Shown: positions 42,780 to 52,634, counted from the first letter of the stretch. The stretch: 64,000 nt of DNA from an uncultured Verrucomicrobiae bacterium (GCA_963836755.1 CAWIKF010000002.1:1216001-1280000), one strand, 5' to 3'. The notes: generated by a model not told the origin, from the letters alone. Made by a program: numbers and translations.

Positions 42780-43594
42780 GCAAGCGTTCCGATCCAATAA
42801 AACCAGGTGGGCCAGCGACATCAAATCACGATGAACTGGAAAACATTGTAAAACGCTTCAACCAGTATTTCCAGCAGGACCGGGCGTGGCCACCTCCGAA
42901 ACAGCTCCGTCAACTTTTCGAACTAATTCCGCTATTATACATCGAGACGGGACGCAAGACCATTTCTCACGTCAGGTTTTGGAACATGGTAAAAGCGGTG
43001 GATAAGCGTTGGGAAGGACTGCACCTGTGCGAATCGATTATTGGCCTGGTGGAGAGGTTCGTCAACGTCATCGCCCCTGGCCCATGTGTGCCTGCAGCGG
43101 TAGCATTGATAACACGCGGAAAAAGCCCGGTGAGGCAGAAGAAAACCGATCCGTTCACACTGCCTGATCTGCTTGCGATGACGACCGTAACGAAAAGTTT
43201 TCTGGCAAAAGAGAACATTCGGCTGACAGATTTCGTAGGCGAGCTTGACAAGCACACGTCGGCCGATTTCAAGAGCTGGATCAACCGCGCGGCAGGCGCA
43301 TTAGGAACGCCCGAGGATATTGCCTGGCTAAAGTTTGAAAACGTGCACGCAACGGTACTGAAATGGCGCGTTGACAACGAAGCTGGCTTCAGCGCGTTCG
43401 TAAGCTGGGTTTATCATCTCCGAAACGACGACCTGACGGAACTGCTGAAGAAGGTTAGTTACCCATCGGGGTGGCTTCCCACCGTGGCTGACTTGAAAAA
43501 AGCCGAGGCCAAAGCAAAGCAACGAGCAAAAACCAAAAAATTTCGGGCGAAGTCGCCAAAATCGGTTACGGCCGTCACAGAGGCGGGTGGGTAA
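42776..43594 (+). CDS. Hypothetical protein of the integrative element
   Basis: 272-aa ORF overlapping the integrase stop (GTGA); basic C-terminus. Confidence 0.7.
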   Translation: MSKRSDPIKPGGPATSNHDELENIVKRFNQYFQQDRAWPPPKQLRQLFELIPLLYIETGRKTISHVRFWNMVKAVDKRWEGLHLCESIIGLVERFVNVIAPGPCVPAAVALITRGKSPVRQKKTDPFTLPDLLAMTTVTKSFLAKENIRLTDFVGELDKHTSADFKSWINRAAGALGTPEDIAWLKFENVHATVLKWRVDNEAGFSAFVSWVYHLRNDDLTELLKKVSYPSGWLPTVADLKKAEAKAKQRAKTKKFRAKSPKSVTAVTEAGG

Positions 43595-43675
43595 ACTCTC
43601 TAAATTCGGTTACAAGTATCTGTTTACCAACAATTTACGTTTTACGTAGGGCGTTTTTCGTGCGAGTTTGCTCGC

Positions 43676-45703
43676 GTGAAAAACGAGAACAAACAGAACC
43701 ACGCGCGCGCAACCGCCGCCGAGTGGCCTGACCAAAAAATTGCGGCAAAAGATACGCATCTTGCGAACGAAGATACCCAGAACAACTTCAAAGACCCCGT
43801 CCGGGACGTCCGGGAATTAGTCGGTGAGCAGGCAGTGCTCATCCCAATTCCAGTCGGCCAAAAAGGTCCAAAAATTCCGGATTGGCAAAAGATAACCCTA
43901 AAACAGAGCAAAGAGCCTGAGCATGAGCAACAGCTTCGCGCCGGGAATAACATCGGCGTGCTTCTCGGTAAGCCCTCAGGGGGGCTTTGCGCCATTGATA
44001 TCGACGACGACGAAGCTCTCGCACCATTTCTTGATTTAAATCCAGATTTAAAGGGCACGCTCCGCACCCATGGTGCACGTGGTGCCCAGATCTGGATGAA
44101 GATCGGCGGAGATTTTCCAGCCTTGGGAAAAATTAAAACAAAAGCAGGTTCCGAATGGGGTGAATGGCGCGCAGATGGCGGCCAATCGGTCATCTACGGC
44201 ACTCATCCGACAGGAGTTCAGTACCAGATCGTGCAGAAGGCGATCCCTCTGGTAAAGGAATTCGGGGCAATCAAATGGCCCGATGATCTCAACTTGCCTT
44301 GGGTGAAAACCGAATACGATCTCTTGGTCGAAGAAGAAGGTGAGCCATTTTTGGAGTCGGAGAACGGCACCATCAAGGCGCTTAACCACATGTTTTTTGT
44401 GGAGAAATACGTGCGTGAGCACGTCGTGCTCTACGATTCCGCGTTGAAGGAATTCTTCAGCTACGATCCAGCCGATGGATTGTGGAAACGAACCACCACG
44501 GAGTCTGCCAAAAAACAGATTTTAAATGACTTCAAGAAAGCTTCAAAGGAGTTCGGCGCGCGCCAGTTGCTGGCAAAGCGCAACGACTCCTTCGGCAACG
44601 CTCTGGTCAACCTCCTCAAGGCCCACTGTGAGCGTTTCGAGGCGTTCGGGGCCAAGCATTCCTATATTCACGTGAAAAACGGAATACTACAGTTGAACTC
44701 CACGCCTCCACGCATGGAAGAGTTCAGCCCCGAGTTTTACTCCAGGAACCTCTGTCCGTTCAATTATGAACCTGATGCGAAGTGCGAGCAATTTCTCAAC
44801 GAATTGCTCAAGCCTGCCCTTGGCGACGAGGATATTGATTTGCTCCAGCGTTGGGCCGGGTCCGTGCTCATCGGGCAAAATCCCGCCCAACGGATCTTGC
44901 TCGTCGTCGGCACCGCCGGAGGCGGCAAAAGTACCGTCATGAGTGTGATCGAATTGGTCATTGGGCTCAACAATGTGGCCCAGCTGCGCACCGAGCATTT
45001 GGCGGATCGTTTCGAATTGTTCCGATTCGACGGCAAAACTTTGCTCACGGGCAAGGACGTGGCTCCCACGTTCCTCATGCGCAAGGGTGCCCATGTGTTG
45101 AAGTCACTGGTGGGCGACGACGTGTTCGATGCTGAAAAGAAGGGTGCCAATGAACGCATCCAGCTTCGCGGCAATTATAACGTAGCGATCACATGTAATA
45201 CCCAGCTGAAGGTGTTGTTGGAAGGTGACGCCGGAGCCTGGAAGCGCCGACTTCTCATCCTCCACTATGAAAAACCAAAACCAAAAATCCCTATCGCTGA
45301 TTTTGCACACAAGCTCATTCGTGAAGAGGGGGCTGGCATTTTGACGTGGATGGTCGCTGGTGCCCAACGATACATGGAAGAGATTGAAAATCATGGCGGC
45401 CTACAATTAACCAAGCAGCAGCAGGCCCGCATCGATGCGTTGCTCTCGGAGAGCGACAGCATCCGCAGCTTCGTGGAATTTATGGTGGTTCCGGCTGAAG
45501 GCGAAACAGTCACTTCCAAGGAGTTGTTAAATGGATACGTCAACTACTGCACCTCTCACGAATGGGAAGGTTATCCCGAAAAAGAGGTCGAGCGTAAGCT
45601 TCCAACTCTTATGTACGAGATTCATAAGGTGAAGCAGAGCCACGACGTAAATCGACTTGGAACAGCTCATCGTGGCTACAAGGGCTTTACCCTCGCGAAA
45701 TAA
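43676..45703 (+). CDS. Bifunctional primase-polymerase N-terminal domain plus D5/P4-family SF3 helicase
   Basis: KGPKIPDWQ, NIGVLLG, AIDID, GQSVIYGTHPTG; Walker A GTAGGGKST; AWKRRLLIL. Confidence 0.88.
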   Translation: MKNENKQNHARATAAEWPDQKIAAKDTHLANEDTQNNFKDPVRDVRELVGEQAVLIPIPVGQKGPKIPDWQKITLKQSKEPEHEQQLRAGNNIGVLLGKPSGGLCAIDIDDDEALAPFLDLNPDLKGTLRTHGARGAQIWMKIGGDFPALGKIKTKAGSEWGEWRADGGQSVIYGTHPTGVQYQIVQKAIPLVKEFGAIKWPDDLNLPWVKTEYDLLVEEEGEPFLESENGTIKALNHMFFVEKYVREHVVLYDSALKEFFSYDPADGLWKRTTTESAKKQILNDFKKASKEFGARQLLAKRNDSFGNALVNLLKAHCERFEAFGAKHSYIHVKNGILQLNSTPPRMEEFSPEFYSRNLCPFNYEPDAKCEQFLNELLKPALGDEDIDLLQRWAGSVLIGQNPAQRILLVVGTAGGGKSTVMSVIELVIGLNNVAQLRTEHLADRFELFRFDGKTLLTGKDVAPTFLMRKGAHVLKSLVGDDVFDAEKKGANERIQLRGNYNVAITCNTQLKVLLEGDAGAWKRRLLILHYEKPKPKIPIADFAHKLIREEGAGILTWMVAGAQRYMEEIENHGGLQLTKQQQARIDALLSESDSIRSFVEFMVVPAEGETVTSKELLNGYVNYCTSHEWEGYPEKEVERKLPTLMYEIHKVKQSHDVNRLGTAHRGYKGFTLAK

Positions 45704-45970
45704 ATGTGTCTCGATCAGACCAAGTTAAACCACGTGAGACCACGTGGAGATGGAAGTTTCACTGCACAGTGTCCCGCTTGTCGGGGCGCTGGCGGTGATT
45801 CCAAGGGCATGCACCTCATTGTGTTCGCAAATGGGGCGTATGGGTGCGTGGCAGCCCCTGAAGACGCGGAACACAGCAAAGAAATTTTTAAACTGGTCGG
45901 ACTGAAGAGCAAGCGCGGTGCGCAAACTCTTCGGGCGCCAAAACCAATCAAAATAAATCGAGTTCAATAG
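45704..45970 (+). CDS. Small Zn-finger protein (primase Zn-binding-like)
   Basis: AQCPAC...H...GC; starts directly after the primase stop. Confidence 0.7.
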   Translation: MCLDQTKLNHVRPRGDGSFTAQCPACRGAGGDSKGMHLIVFANGAYGCVAAPEDAEHSKEIFKLVGLKSKRGAQTLRAPKPIKINRVQ

Positions 45971-45984
45971 GGGAGGGGGATTAT

Positions 45985-46100
45985 CCGGACGGCCCGGACG
46001 GGGTCATCGGACTCAATTTGAAAGTTGAGATGAGTTTTATATAGCCTTTCAAGGATTCAGAATTTTCAAATGACTTTAAATGTGCCGTCCGGTGCGTCCG
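45985..46100. repeat. Inverted CGGACG repeat element, copy A (candidate origin)
   Basis: CGGACG-N3-CGGACG, ~85-bp AT-rich spacer, CGTCCG-N3-CGTCCG. Confidence 0.75.
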
Positions 46101-46374
46101 TAGCAGAGGGTAAATACTCGTAGAGTTTGCTATCGCCCCAATTTCATAAAATCCCAATGGAGGTCGGGTTTTATTCAAAAAATGCCTAAATTTCGCGCCC
46201 GGAGCGTTTTTATAAAACCTCTTTGCCTCTCTTGCTGGGCTAATTTGCCGATGATTACCACCGTGTGCGCTCCAACCTCGACAAACTGTGAATTCTTGGG
46301 ACAACCAGCCGTGCGGATGAATAAGCCTTTCTGCTGAGACAAACTGCACGTCTTGCGAGGATAGCCACCCATAA

Positions 46375-47454
46375 ATGTTCACCATTCAGCGCGACGCCCT
46401 TACATTTACCTTCCCGGAAATCGCCGGGCAGGTGCGCTCGCTTGTCGAGCGCAAGATTGAAGAATTCGCTTCTGCGCTCCCTCCTCGTTCCGAGCGAAAC
46501 AAGCTCATAGAGGAAATTGAATCCAACGAGCGATTCAGCAAACTAAGCCTTTCGCAAAGGGAACGCGCGAGCGCGATGTTGCGCACATGGACGCCTGAGG
46601 ACGTGGCAGCGGGTTTGCGGAGAACGATACTGGAACTCGGCGGCTTGAACACGGATGCGTTCACTGAGTTGACCGTCAAATTCCAGCGCACCATGCGAAT
46701 TCCAGACGGCGGCCAGACCTATTCCCTAGCGACGAATTTAGGCCAGCTTCCACTTCGCTCCGTGGATGCTTGTTCCAAGACCGCGCTGCCTTCGTGGATC
46801 AAGAAGGAGAGCGTTGTCCTGCCCTTGCACCGCAGCGAGGCACTCTGGCTTTGGTTCTCCTCGCGCTATCGCTTCGCGGTAAAAATCGGCGTCGGGAAGC
46901 TCGATGCGTTGACTGGCGAACCTTGGAACTCAACCCTGCACCGGCAACCGCAAAACTATCTCGTGGTTCCCGAGCCGTGGTGGAGTGAGAGCGATGAAGT
47001 CCTTTGGCACTATCTCGCGCTGCCGCTCGGCGTTGGCGACAGCGCGATTCGCTTGCAGGTCACTCCGATGTCCGCTGAATCCTATTATGACAACGAATTT
47101 TTGATCCGCACGCCGCGATCGATCCACGAGTTTTTCTCCAGCATTATCTTTGGAGGAATGATTCTCGCGCAGATGGAGCCGGGCCAACGCGAGCACGAGC
47201 GGTTCGAACTGGAATTCATGGAAGACAAGATACAGGCCGCGCTCTATCAATCCGTTCCTCAGAAAATTCCGGAGGACTCCTATGACTTCACGGCAAGGGG
47301 TCAAACGCAAAACGTCCACGGCATCGTTCACCCTTGCGATTCATCGGCTTGGAGACAAATCACCGGTACGAACCCGCCTCATCCGCCACTGACAGCCGAT
47401 GACTACCGGCAGGCAGGCATTCCGTGGGTTGAGAGCTACCGTGCAAGTGTGTGA
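46375..47454 (+). CDS. Conserved hypothetical protein
   Basis: 359 aa; FQRTMRIPDGG, SEALWLWF, TGTNPPHPPLTADDYRQAGIPW look family-like. Confidence 0.65.
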   Translation: MFTIQRDALTFTFPEIAGQVRSLVERKIEEFASALPPRSERNKLIEEIESNERFSKLSLSQRERASAMLRTWTPEDVAAGLRRTILELGGLNTDAFTELTVKFQRTMRIPDGGQTYSLATNLGQLPLRSVDACSKTALPSWIKKESVVLPLHRSEALWLWFSSRYRFAVKIGVGKLDALTGEPWNSTLHRQPQNYLVVPEPWWSESDEVLWHYLALPLGVGDSAIRLQVTPMSAESYYDNEFLIRTPRSIHEFFSSIIFGGMILAQMEPGQREHERFELEFMEDKIQAALYQSVPQKIPEDSYDFTARGQTQNVHGIVHPCDSSAWRQITGTNPPHPPLTADDYRQAGIPWVESYRASV

Positions 47455-47601
47455 ATAGAATGATTCGAACGACGAATCGCGTGCGTAAACGAAATGAATC
47501 GGATTCAAACAGACGTCGCCGAGGAAATTGTTGCAAGATGAAGCTTGGACAAAGCATCTCCCTCAACACGACGTTTTCGTGCGCAAAAAAGTAAGGCATT
47601 T

Positions 47602-48462
47602 ATGATTACACAAAACTCACAGACGAGAGATTTAACGAGCATGGATAACATTGACGCCAATAAAATTCAGCCGATGCCCAAGGAGATTCATGAGCGACTA
47701 AACGAACATGGGGTCTATTTCAAAAAACGTGTGCTTCACGAACTGCGAAGCTATCAAGGTCTATCTATCGCGGGCGAGGAGGTCGGCGAATCATTCGGTA
47801 AAACCCGCGTGGCTGACATCCTCGCGTTCGACAAACGGAGCGACAGCCACACCCTCTACTTTGTAATTGAGTGCAAACGTGTCGCGAGTGAAAAGGTTTG
47901 GATTTTCTTTCGCGATATCGACAATACTTACAGAGCTTCTCGCGTGTCTAACATCGCCGGTCCATCAAGCGTCGTGCAAACTAGCGATCGGCTGCAGCTA
48001 GAACCTCCTGTATGCTCCGAAGGATATGAGTATCCAGTTGGCAGAAACAAAGTTGCCGACCAAGATCCCATTTTTCAGGCTGCAAGTCAGTTGTCAGGAG
48101 CTTTCTTAGGCTTTATAGCGCGGAGACAACGGATATGGCAACCCAACGCAGTAGAGCGTTTCGTCCCTCTTTTGGTGACGACGGCCAAATTATTCGCGGT
48201 AAATCAATCCGATCTTTCCAAGACGGATCTTCTATCTGGAAAGCTGAACTCAAGACCGCATTGCCTTGAGACTCCATTTGTTATTCTTAAACATCCTTTC
48301 CCGACACCGGAAGGCTTGGCCAAGGATTTTCGCGACGAGATCCAAGGAGAATCGTGGACTGCCATGCATCGCGAGACCATTTATGTCATAGGTGCCAGTG
48401 GCCTAAGAGAGTTCTTTGAGATTAGTCACCGCGATTTCCTTCACGACGCACGTAATGAATAG
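47602..48462 (+). CDS. Putative PD-(D/E)XK nuclease-fold protein
   Basis: ADILAF...FVIECKR motif; start uncertain. Confidence 0.6.
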   Translation: MITQNSQTRDLTSMDNIDANKIQPMPKEIHERLNEHGVYFKKRVLHELRSYQGLSIAGEEVGESFGKTRVADILAFDKRSDSHTLYFVIECKRVASEKVWIFFRDIDNTYRASRVSNIAGPSSVVQTSDRLQLEPPVCSEGYEYPVGRNKVADQDPIFQAASQLSGAFLGFIARRQRIWQPNAVERFVPLLVTTAKLFAVNQSDLSKTDLLSGKLNSRPHCLETPFVILKHPFPTPEGLAKDFRDEIQGESWTAMHRETIYVIGASGLREFFEISHRDFLHDARNE

Positions 48463-48477
48463 ACTTCGATTGTTGCT

Positions 48478-49291
48478 ATGGAACCGGATCAAGAGCATTC
48501 TCTAGTTCTCAGACAGTCGCACGAGTTGATCGCGCTTGCATCTGCACCGAATCGTATCTTGTGCGAGATGGTAGCAAGTTCACTCGTGCTCGCAAAAGAG
48601 ACTGCCCCCCCTAATGTCGATCTCGACGCGCTTGTGCGTGAAGGAAAGCAAATCCAGGGAGGCAAAGGAATGACACCGGGAAATGTTCAGGCATTCAAGC
48701 TGTTTCACCAAGCTGCATGTGCCGGACACCCGGAGGCCCAGTTTCTTCTTTCCCAATACCATCTGTTCGAGATGGGGATTAAACTCGAAAAGGCTGAGTA
48801 TGAATACTGGTTGCAAAAATCTGCTGAGTCGGGCTTTGCACCAGCGCAAAACCGTTTTGGTTTTGAAACGAGCGCGCGAGACCATGTTGAAGCCGTTAAG
48901 TGGTATAGAATGGCTGCTGAACAGAATTATGCCAAAGGTCAACTCAATCTTGGTGACAGTTATCGTTATGGCTATGGAGTAGAGGAAGATTTGATCGAGG
49001 CTGTAAAGTGGTATCGAAAGGCAGCCGAACAGGGTAATGCTTGGTCACAATTCCTCTTGGGGGATTGCTATAAGGAAGGCGTAGGTGTTCCAAAAGATCA
49101 GGGTGAAGCCGTGAGGTGGTGGACAAAATCGGCGGAACAAGGTGAGGATAGGGCGCAAGCTGATCTTGGCGATTGTTATGCTTACGGTAACGGTGTGCCA
49201 CTAGACCTTGAGAAAGCTGTGAGTTGGTGGAGAAAGGCTGCGGAACAAGGAGCTAGTCAGGTTTATTACAAAGTCGGCAATTCATATTCTA
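48478..49291 (+). pseudogene. Sel1-repeat protein truncated at its 3' end
   Basis: Repeated AVKWYRKAAEQG..AQ..LG..Y..G.GV; character changes abruptly near 49291 and the frame runs on to 49656. Confidence 0.75.
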
Positions 49292-49819
49292 TCGGCTGCG
49301 GCGATGGCCGCGAAGAAGGCATTGACCGGCGAGGAAGAAGCCGAGCTGGCGGCGCTGTGGAAGCGGCTGGTGAAGCTGTATCATCCCGACCGTTTTGCGA
49401 ACGAGCCGGACAAGCTGGCGACCTACGGCAAGCTGACCGCCGCGATCAACCGGGCGAAGGACAGCGGCGACCTCGACACGTTGCGGCAGATTGCCAGCGA
49501 TCCGCACGGGTTCATTTTGCGGCAAGGCTGGGCGAGCCTCGATTTCCGCGACGAGGAGCAGGTGAGCCGGCTGCGGAAGCTGTGGGAGAGTTTGGAACTG
49601 GAAATCGTCATCGTGATCGAGGCGACGAGCCGGCTGCGCGAGAGCGCGGAGTTTGAATTGCACGCGCTGGTCGAGAAGAAGTCGGAGATGTTTGAAAGCG
49701 TGGTGGCGAAGCAGACCGAAAGACTGGACACAGAAATCGCGAAGCTGAGAGGCGAGGCGGCGGAACTGGCGAAGGAGATCGAGACGGTGGCCGGCCACCC
49801 AGCGGCGGACTTTCACTGA
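49292..49819 (+). pseudogene. J-domain (DnaJ-like) coiled-coil protein, 5'-truncated
   Basis: WKRLVKLYHPDRF, AINRAKD; GC-rich; abuts the Sel1 fragment. Confidence 0.65.
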
Positions 49820-49954
49820 CCACTACACGCACTCATATCATTCTCGGCTGGTTTTTCACCACGCTCTGGTTCAGCGCGATTTCAGGACTGATGAAGGGAT
49901 GAATAGACTGGCGCCACTCCTGCTGGCCCGGAGATGGAGATATGGATTCGCCTG

Positions 49955-50075
49955 CGGACGCCCCGGACGCCTGTTTTTGAGTCTGGTTGAAAAGTGGATC
50001 TAGCATAGACTTCTTTGAATGTCACTGGACTCCCAAGGAGTTGAATATAGCCGTCCGCAGCGTCCGTAACGTCCG
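49955..50075. repeat. Inverted CGGACG repeat element, copy B
   Basis: CGGACG-CCC-CGGACG, ~82-bp spacer, CGTCCG-CAG-CGTCCG-TAA-CGTCCG. Confidence 0.75.
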
Positions 50076-50140
50076 TGCACGGCCGATTGGAACGATCAAG
50101 CGATGGAGGAGGCGGCGATAGAATTTGTACTCAAGGTCGA

Positions 50141-50182
50141 CAAAACAAAGAAGGACGACGTGTGGCGTCGTCCTATCTTTTG
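50141..50182 (-). terminator. Intrinsic terminator downstream of vapD
   Basis: Minus strand AGGACGACG-ccaca-CGTCGTCCT then TCTTTGTTTT. Confidence 0.7.
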
Positions 50183-50220
50183 CTGCCCCTGAAATCATTA
50201 AGAGGGCAATTTTAGAAGTG

Positions 50221-50538
50221 TTAAGCTGCTTCTTTCAGCAAGTCGGTTACATTTCCCCAATCTTCGATTCGAACGACGAGGAAACGCTTTACATATCGAC
50301 AAAACCTGGGGGCAAGTTTAACCAGTTTGGCTGGTAACCGCATAATGGTCTCGAAGGAATGCTCGTTATCCTCGGTCGAATACATCGAGTGTTGAAGGTG
50401 CTTCTTCAACCCACAGGCTTCCAAAGCCTTTGGTAGCTCACGTTGATAAATGGAATTTCGCTGACTTTCATCAAGTCCTTCTCTTTCCATGAGCTTTGTA
50501 TCAAGATCAAAGCATATTGCATATTGTGGCATTTTCAT
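50221..50538 (-). CDS. vapD: VapD family (Cas2-like fold) nuclease
   Basis: YAICFDLDT, QHSMY, VVRIEDWGNVTDLL; RBS AAAGGAG. Confidence 0.8.
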   Translation of the reverse strand: MKMPQYAICFDLDTKLMEREGLDESQRNSIYQRELPKALEACGLKKHLQHSMYSTEDNEHSFETIMRLPAKLVKLAPRFCRYVKRFLVVRIEDWGNVTDLLKEAA

Positions 50539-51103
50539 TAGGTCTCCTTTCTAACTCCCGATTAATATCGGGATCTTAGAAGACTATCAAAAATGACGTG
50601 CAACTACAAGCTTAAACTTCATAAGTCTTAAGGTTTTTTTACTCGCAGTAGGAAATGAAGTTTCCTATACTAAGAGTTACGTGCAATGGGTAGGCTTCTC
50701 ACAATAGCGAAAACCGAAATCGTCGGTGCGATTTTAACGGAAACTCAATGTACTATGTCACAGTTCCAAATCTGCCGAGCTTTCAAAGTACCGACATTCA
50801 ATGCGCAACACTCCGGAGCAAAAGGCAAAGCGATGGAAAAGTCGGGAGAAATTACCGTTGCGCAATTTTTATAAAGTTGCTTGAAGTTCCGCGAGCCCCG
50901 ATTAAGAAAATCCGGCCTCCCCGAGCCTCGGCGCCACCCATTATAGAATCGCGAAAAAGTCCCATACCTCCGCCGGAATTTAGCTTGACCACCGCGGCCG
51001 CATTCCATAACACCGCGGCATGACGGCGTGGAAACTACCAGGTGCGGCAACCAAAATACAACCAGAAACAGGCGAAACTTTTTTCGCCTTATATTACGAA
51101 CTT

Positions 51104-51123
51104 TCGTCTAATTCTCGTTAGGT
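51104..51123 (+). other. attI-like integron recombination site
   Basis: GTCTAAT-TCTC-GTTAGGT simple site at the head of the array, without an upstream attC arm. Confidence 0.55.
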
Positions 51124-51131
51124 CTTTCTCC

Positions 51132-51461
51132 ATGTCGCGCTTAGAGGACACCATGAACTTTCTTACAGATCAAGAGTGGGGCTGGTGCCCGTTTCTCTTC
51201 CTCCGGCCGCGCAAGGATCAGGACATAGACAACGCCGTCCTTCTAAAGATGGCGTGTTGCTTCGGTCCTGTCGCAGGCTTGGTTGCGTTGTTGCCCCTGT
51301 TCCTGTTTCGCCATGGCGTCACTGCTCGCGAAGTGATCTTGTGTCTCGTCGGCGCTTCGATTCTATTCTTTTTAGCCTACAAGTGGACCTTCGCTATCTT
51401 CTGGAATCGCCGCGCCGAGCGGCTTCGCTCATCGAACGCGCAGCCCGCCTCGGAGACCTAA
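51132..51461 (+). CDS. Cassette 1: small membrane protein
   Basis: Two hydrophobic segments; TAA stop lies in the attC R'' site. Confidence 0.75.
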   Translation: MSRLEDTMNFLTDQEWGWCPFLFLRPRKDQDIDNAVLLKMACCFGPVAGLVALLPLFLFRHGVTAREVILCLVGASILFFLAYKWTFAIFWNRRAERLRSSNAQPASET

Positions 51462-51578
51462 CCAGGCGATGCAGCGAACCGCTGGCCGCTCCGCGTTTTA
51501 GCTTGCGATGACTTCCACATTCAACCTGCAGCCACACGCGGCCTCGCCAGCGGTCGCTGATCTTGTGTCTCGTTAGGC
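51456..51578 (+). repeat. attC site (long type)
   Basis: ACCTAACCAGGCGATGCAGCGAACCGCTGG...CCAGCGGTCGCTGATCTTGTGTCTCGTTAGGC. Confidence 0.9.
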
Positions 51579-51580
51579 GC

Positions 51581-52030
51581 ATGAGAACGCACCGCGTAAT
51601 TCACGGTTTGGCGATTCTGTCGCTCATAGTCGTCGCTGCCATGAGCGTCATCGGCAGCCTGCGTCAGTTTCCCGGAGCACCGCCCGAGATGAGATTCGCG
51701 CCACTCGTCGGCCTCGCTATTTGGTCGTTCCTGCTCTGGAAGATTTGGCGACGTCCTCGCAAATGGGGTCTCGGAGTCGGCATCTTCCTCTTTCTGATGA
51801 TCGCCTTCCAGAGCTACCTTTGGTGGCTTGGCGTCAACAATCCCAAGCTAGAGGCACAGATACCAGAAGCCAGCCGAAGCGTTGCCAACTTCATTCTGAT
51901 TTATGAGCTTCCGATCTTCGTTGCTGGTGTGTGCTGCATTTTGCTACGCTTTTCCAATCCACATGAGTCCTTTGACCACGCAGCGAAATGCGCCCGACCC
52001 TGCGATGCAGCTAACAGGCTCCGCCTGTAG
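51581..52030 (+). CDS. Cassette 2: four-helix membrane protein, reads into attC
   Basis: Hydrophobic ORF; in-frame CGA where the R'' TAA is expected. Confidence 0.75.
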   Translation: MRTHRVIHGLAILSLIVVAAMSVIGSLRQFPGAPPEMRFAPLVGLAIWSFLLWKIWRRPRKWGLGVGIFLFLMIAFQSYLWWLGVNNPKLEAQIPEASRSVANFILIYELPIFVAGVCCILLRFSNPHESFDHAAKCARPCDAANRLRL

Positions 52031-52051
52031 CTGATCTTGTTCTCGTTAGGG
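51992..52051 (+). repeat. attC site (60-bp type, R'' mutated)
   Basis: GCCCGACCCTGCGATGCAGCTAACAGGCTCCGCCTGTAGCTGATCTTGTTCTCGTTAGGG. Confidence 0.85.
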
Positions 52052-52059
52052 CCAAAACC

Positions 52060-52272
52060 ATGAAACCAAAAACGAAAGCAACAATATTACTGGCAATAGG
52101 ACTAGCTCTACAAAATGCAGGCATCATAACTGTTCCGCTGCATCTGTCGCAAAATGTGAAAACAGTTTTGATCTTGATAAGCATACCATTTTTTATATGG
52201 AGCATAGTGTTGTTTACCCGCAAGAAGCCCACGCCCGAGAACAAATCAATCCCACTAGAAATACCAAAATGA
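52060..52272 (+). CDS. Cassette 3: small two-helix membrane protein
   Basis: 70-aa hydrophobic ORF starting just after the core site. Confidence 0.7.
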   Translation: MKPKTKATILLAIGLALQNAGIITVPLHLSQNVKTVLILISIPFFIWSIVLFTRKKPTPENKSIPLEIPK

Positions 52273-52291
52273 AGCGATGTGATTTAAATAG

Positions 52292-52351
52292 CCCTAACCA
52301 AGCGATGCAGCTAACAGGCTCCGCCTGTAGCTGATCTTGTTCTCGTTAGAC
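52292..52351 (+). repeat. attC site (60-bp type)
   Basis: CCCTAACCAAGCGATGCAGCTAACAGGCTCCGCCTGTAGCTGATCTTGTTCTCGTTAGAC. Confidence 0.9.
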
Positions 52352-52355
52352 GAGT

Positions 52356-52595
52356 ATGCGACGCGAAGACGAAAGTCACATTGTAGCCGATGGCCAGTCG
52401 CGCATCGTCGCTGGTTATGCTGCTCGGCTCCGCGCCCGTTTGCTTCGGCGCGCGGCTCCGCTACTTGAGCGTGGCAATCCCCTGCAGCGGATGGCGATTC
52501 GCTATCGGATGTCTCGTTTTGTTCGCGCTCAGATTCGCCGCCGGCGTCGAAAGTTGGCTCCGTTCGAAGCACTGTATGCATTGCCTAGTCAGTAG
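52356..52595 (+). CDS. Cassette 4: small Arg-rich hypothetical protein
   Basis: ATG immediately after the core site; ends before the next attC. Confidence 0.55.
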   Translation: MRREDESHIVADGQSRIVAGYAARLRARLLRRAAPLLERGNPLQRMAIRYRMSRFVRAQIRRRRRKLAPFEALYALPSQ

Positions 52596-52634
52596 CCGCT
52601 TGTTTCGGGAGTTTCACGTGAGGCCACGCCAAAC

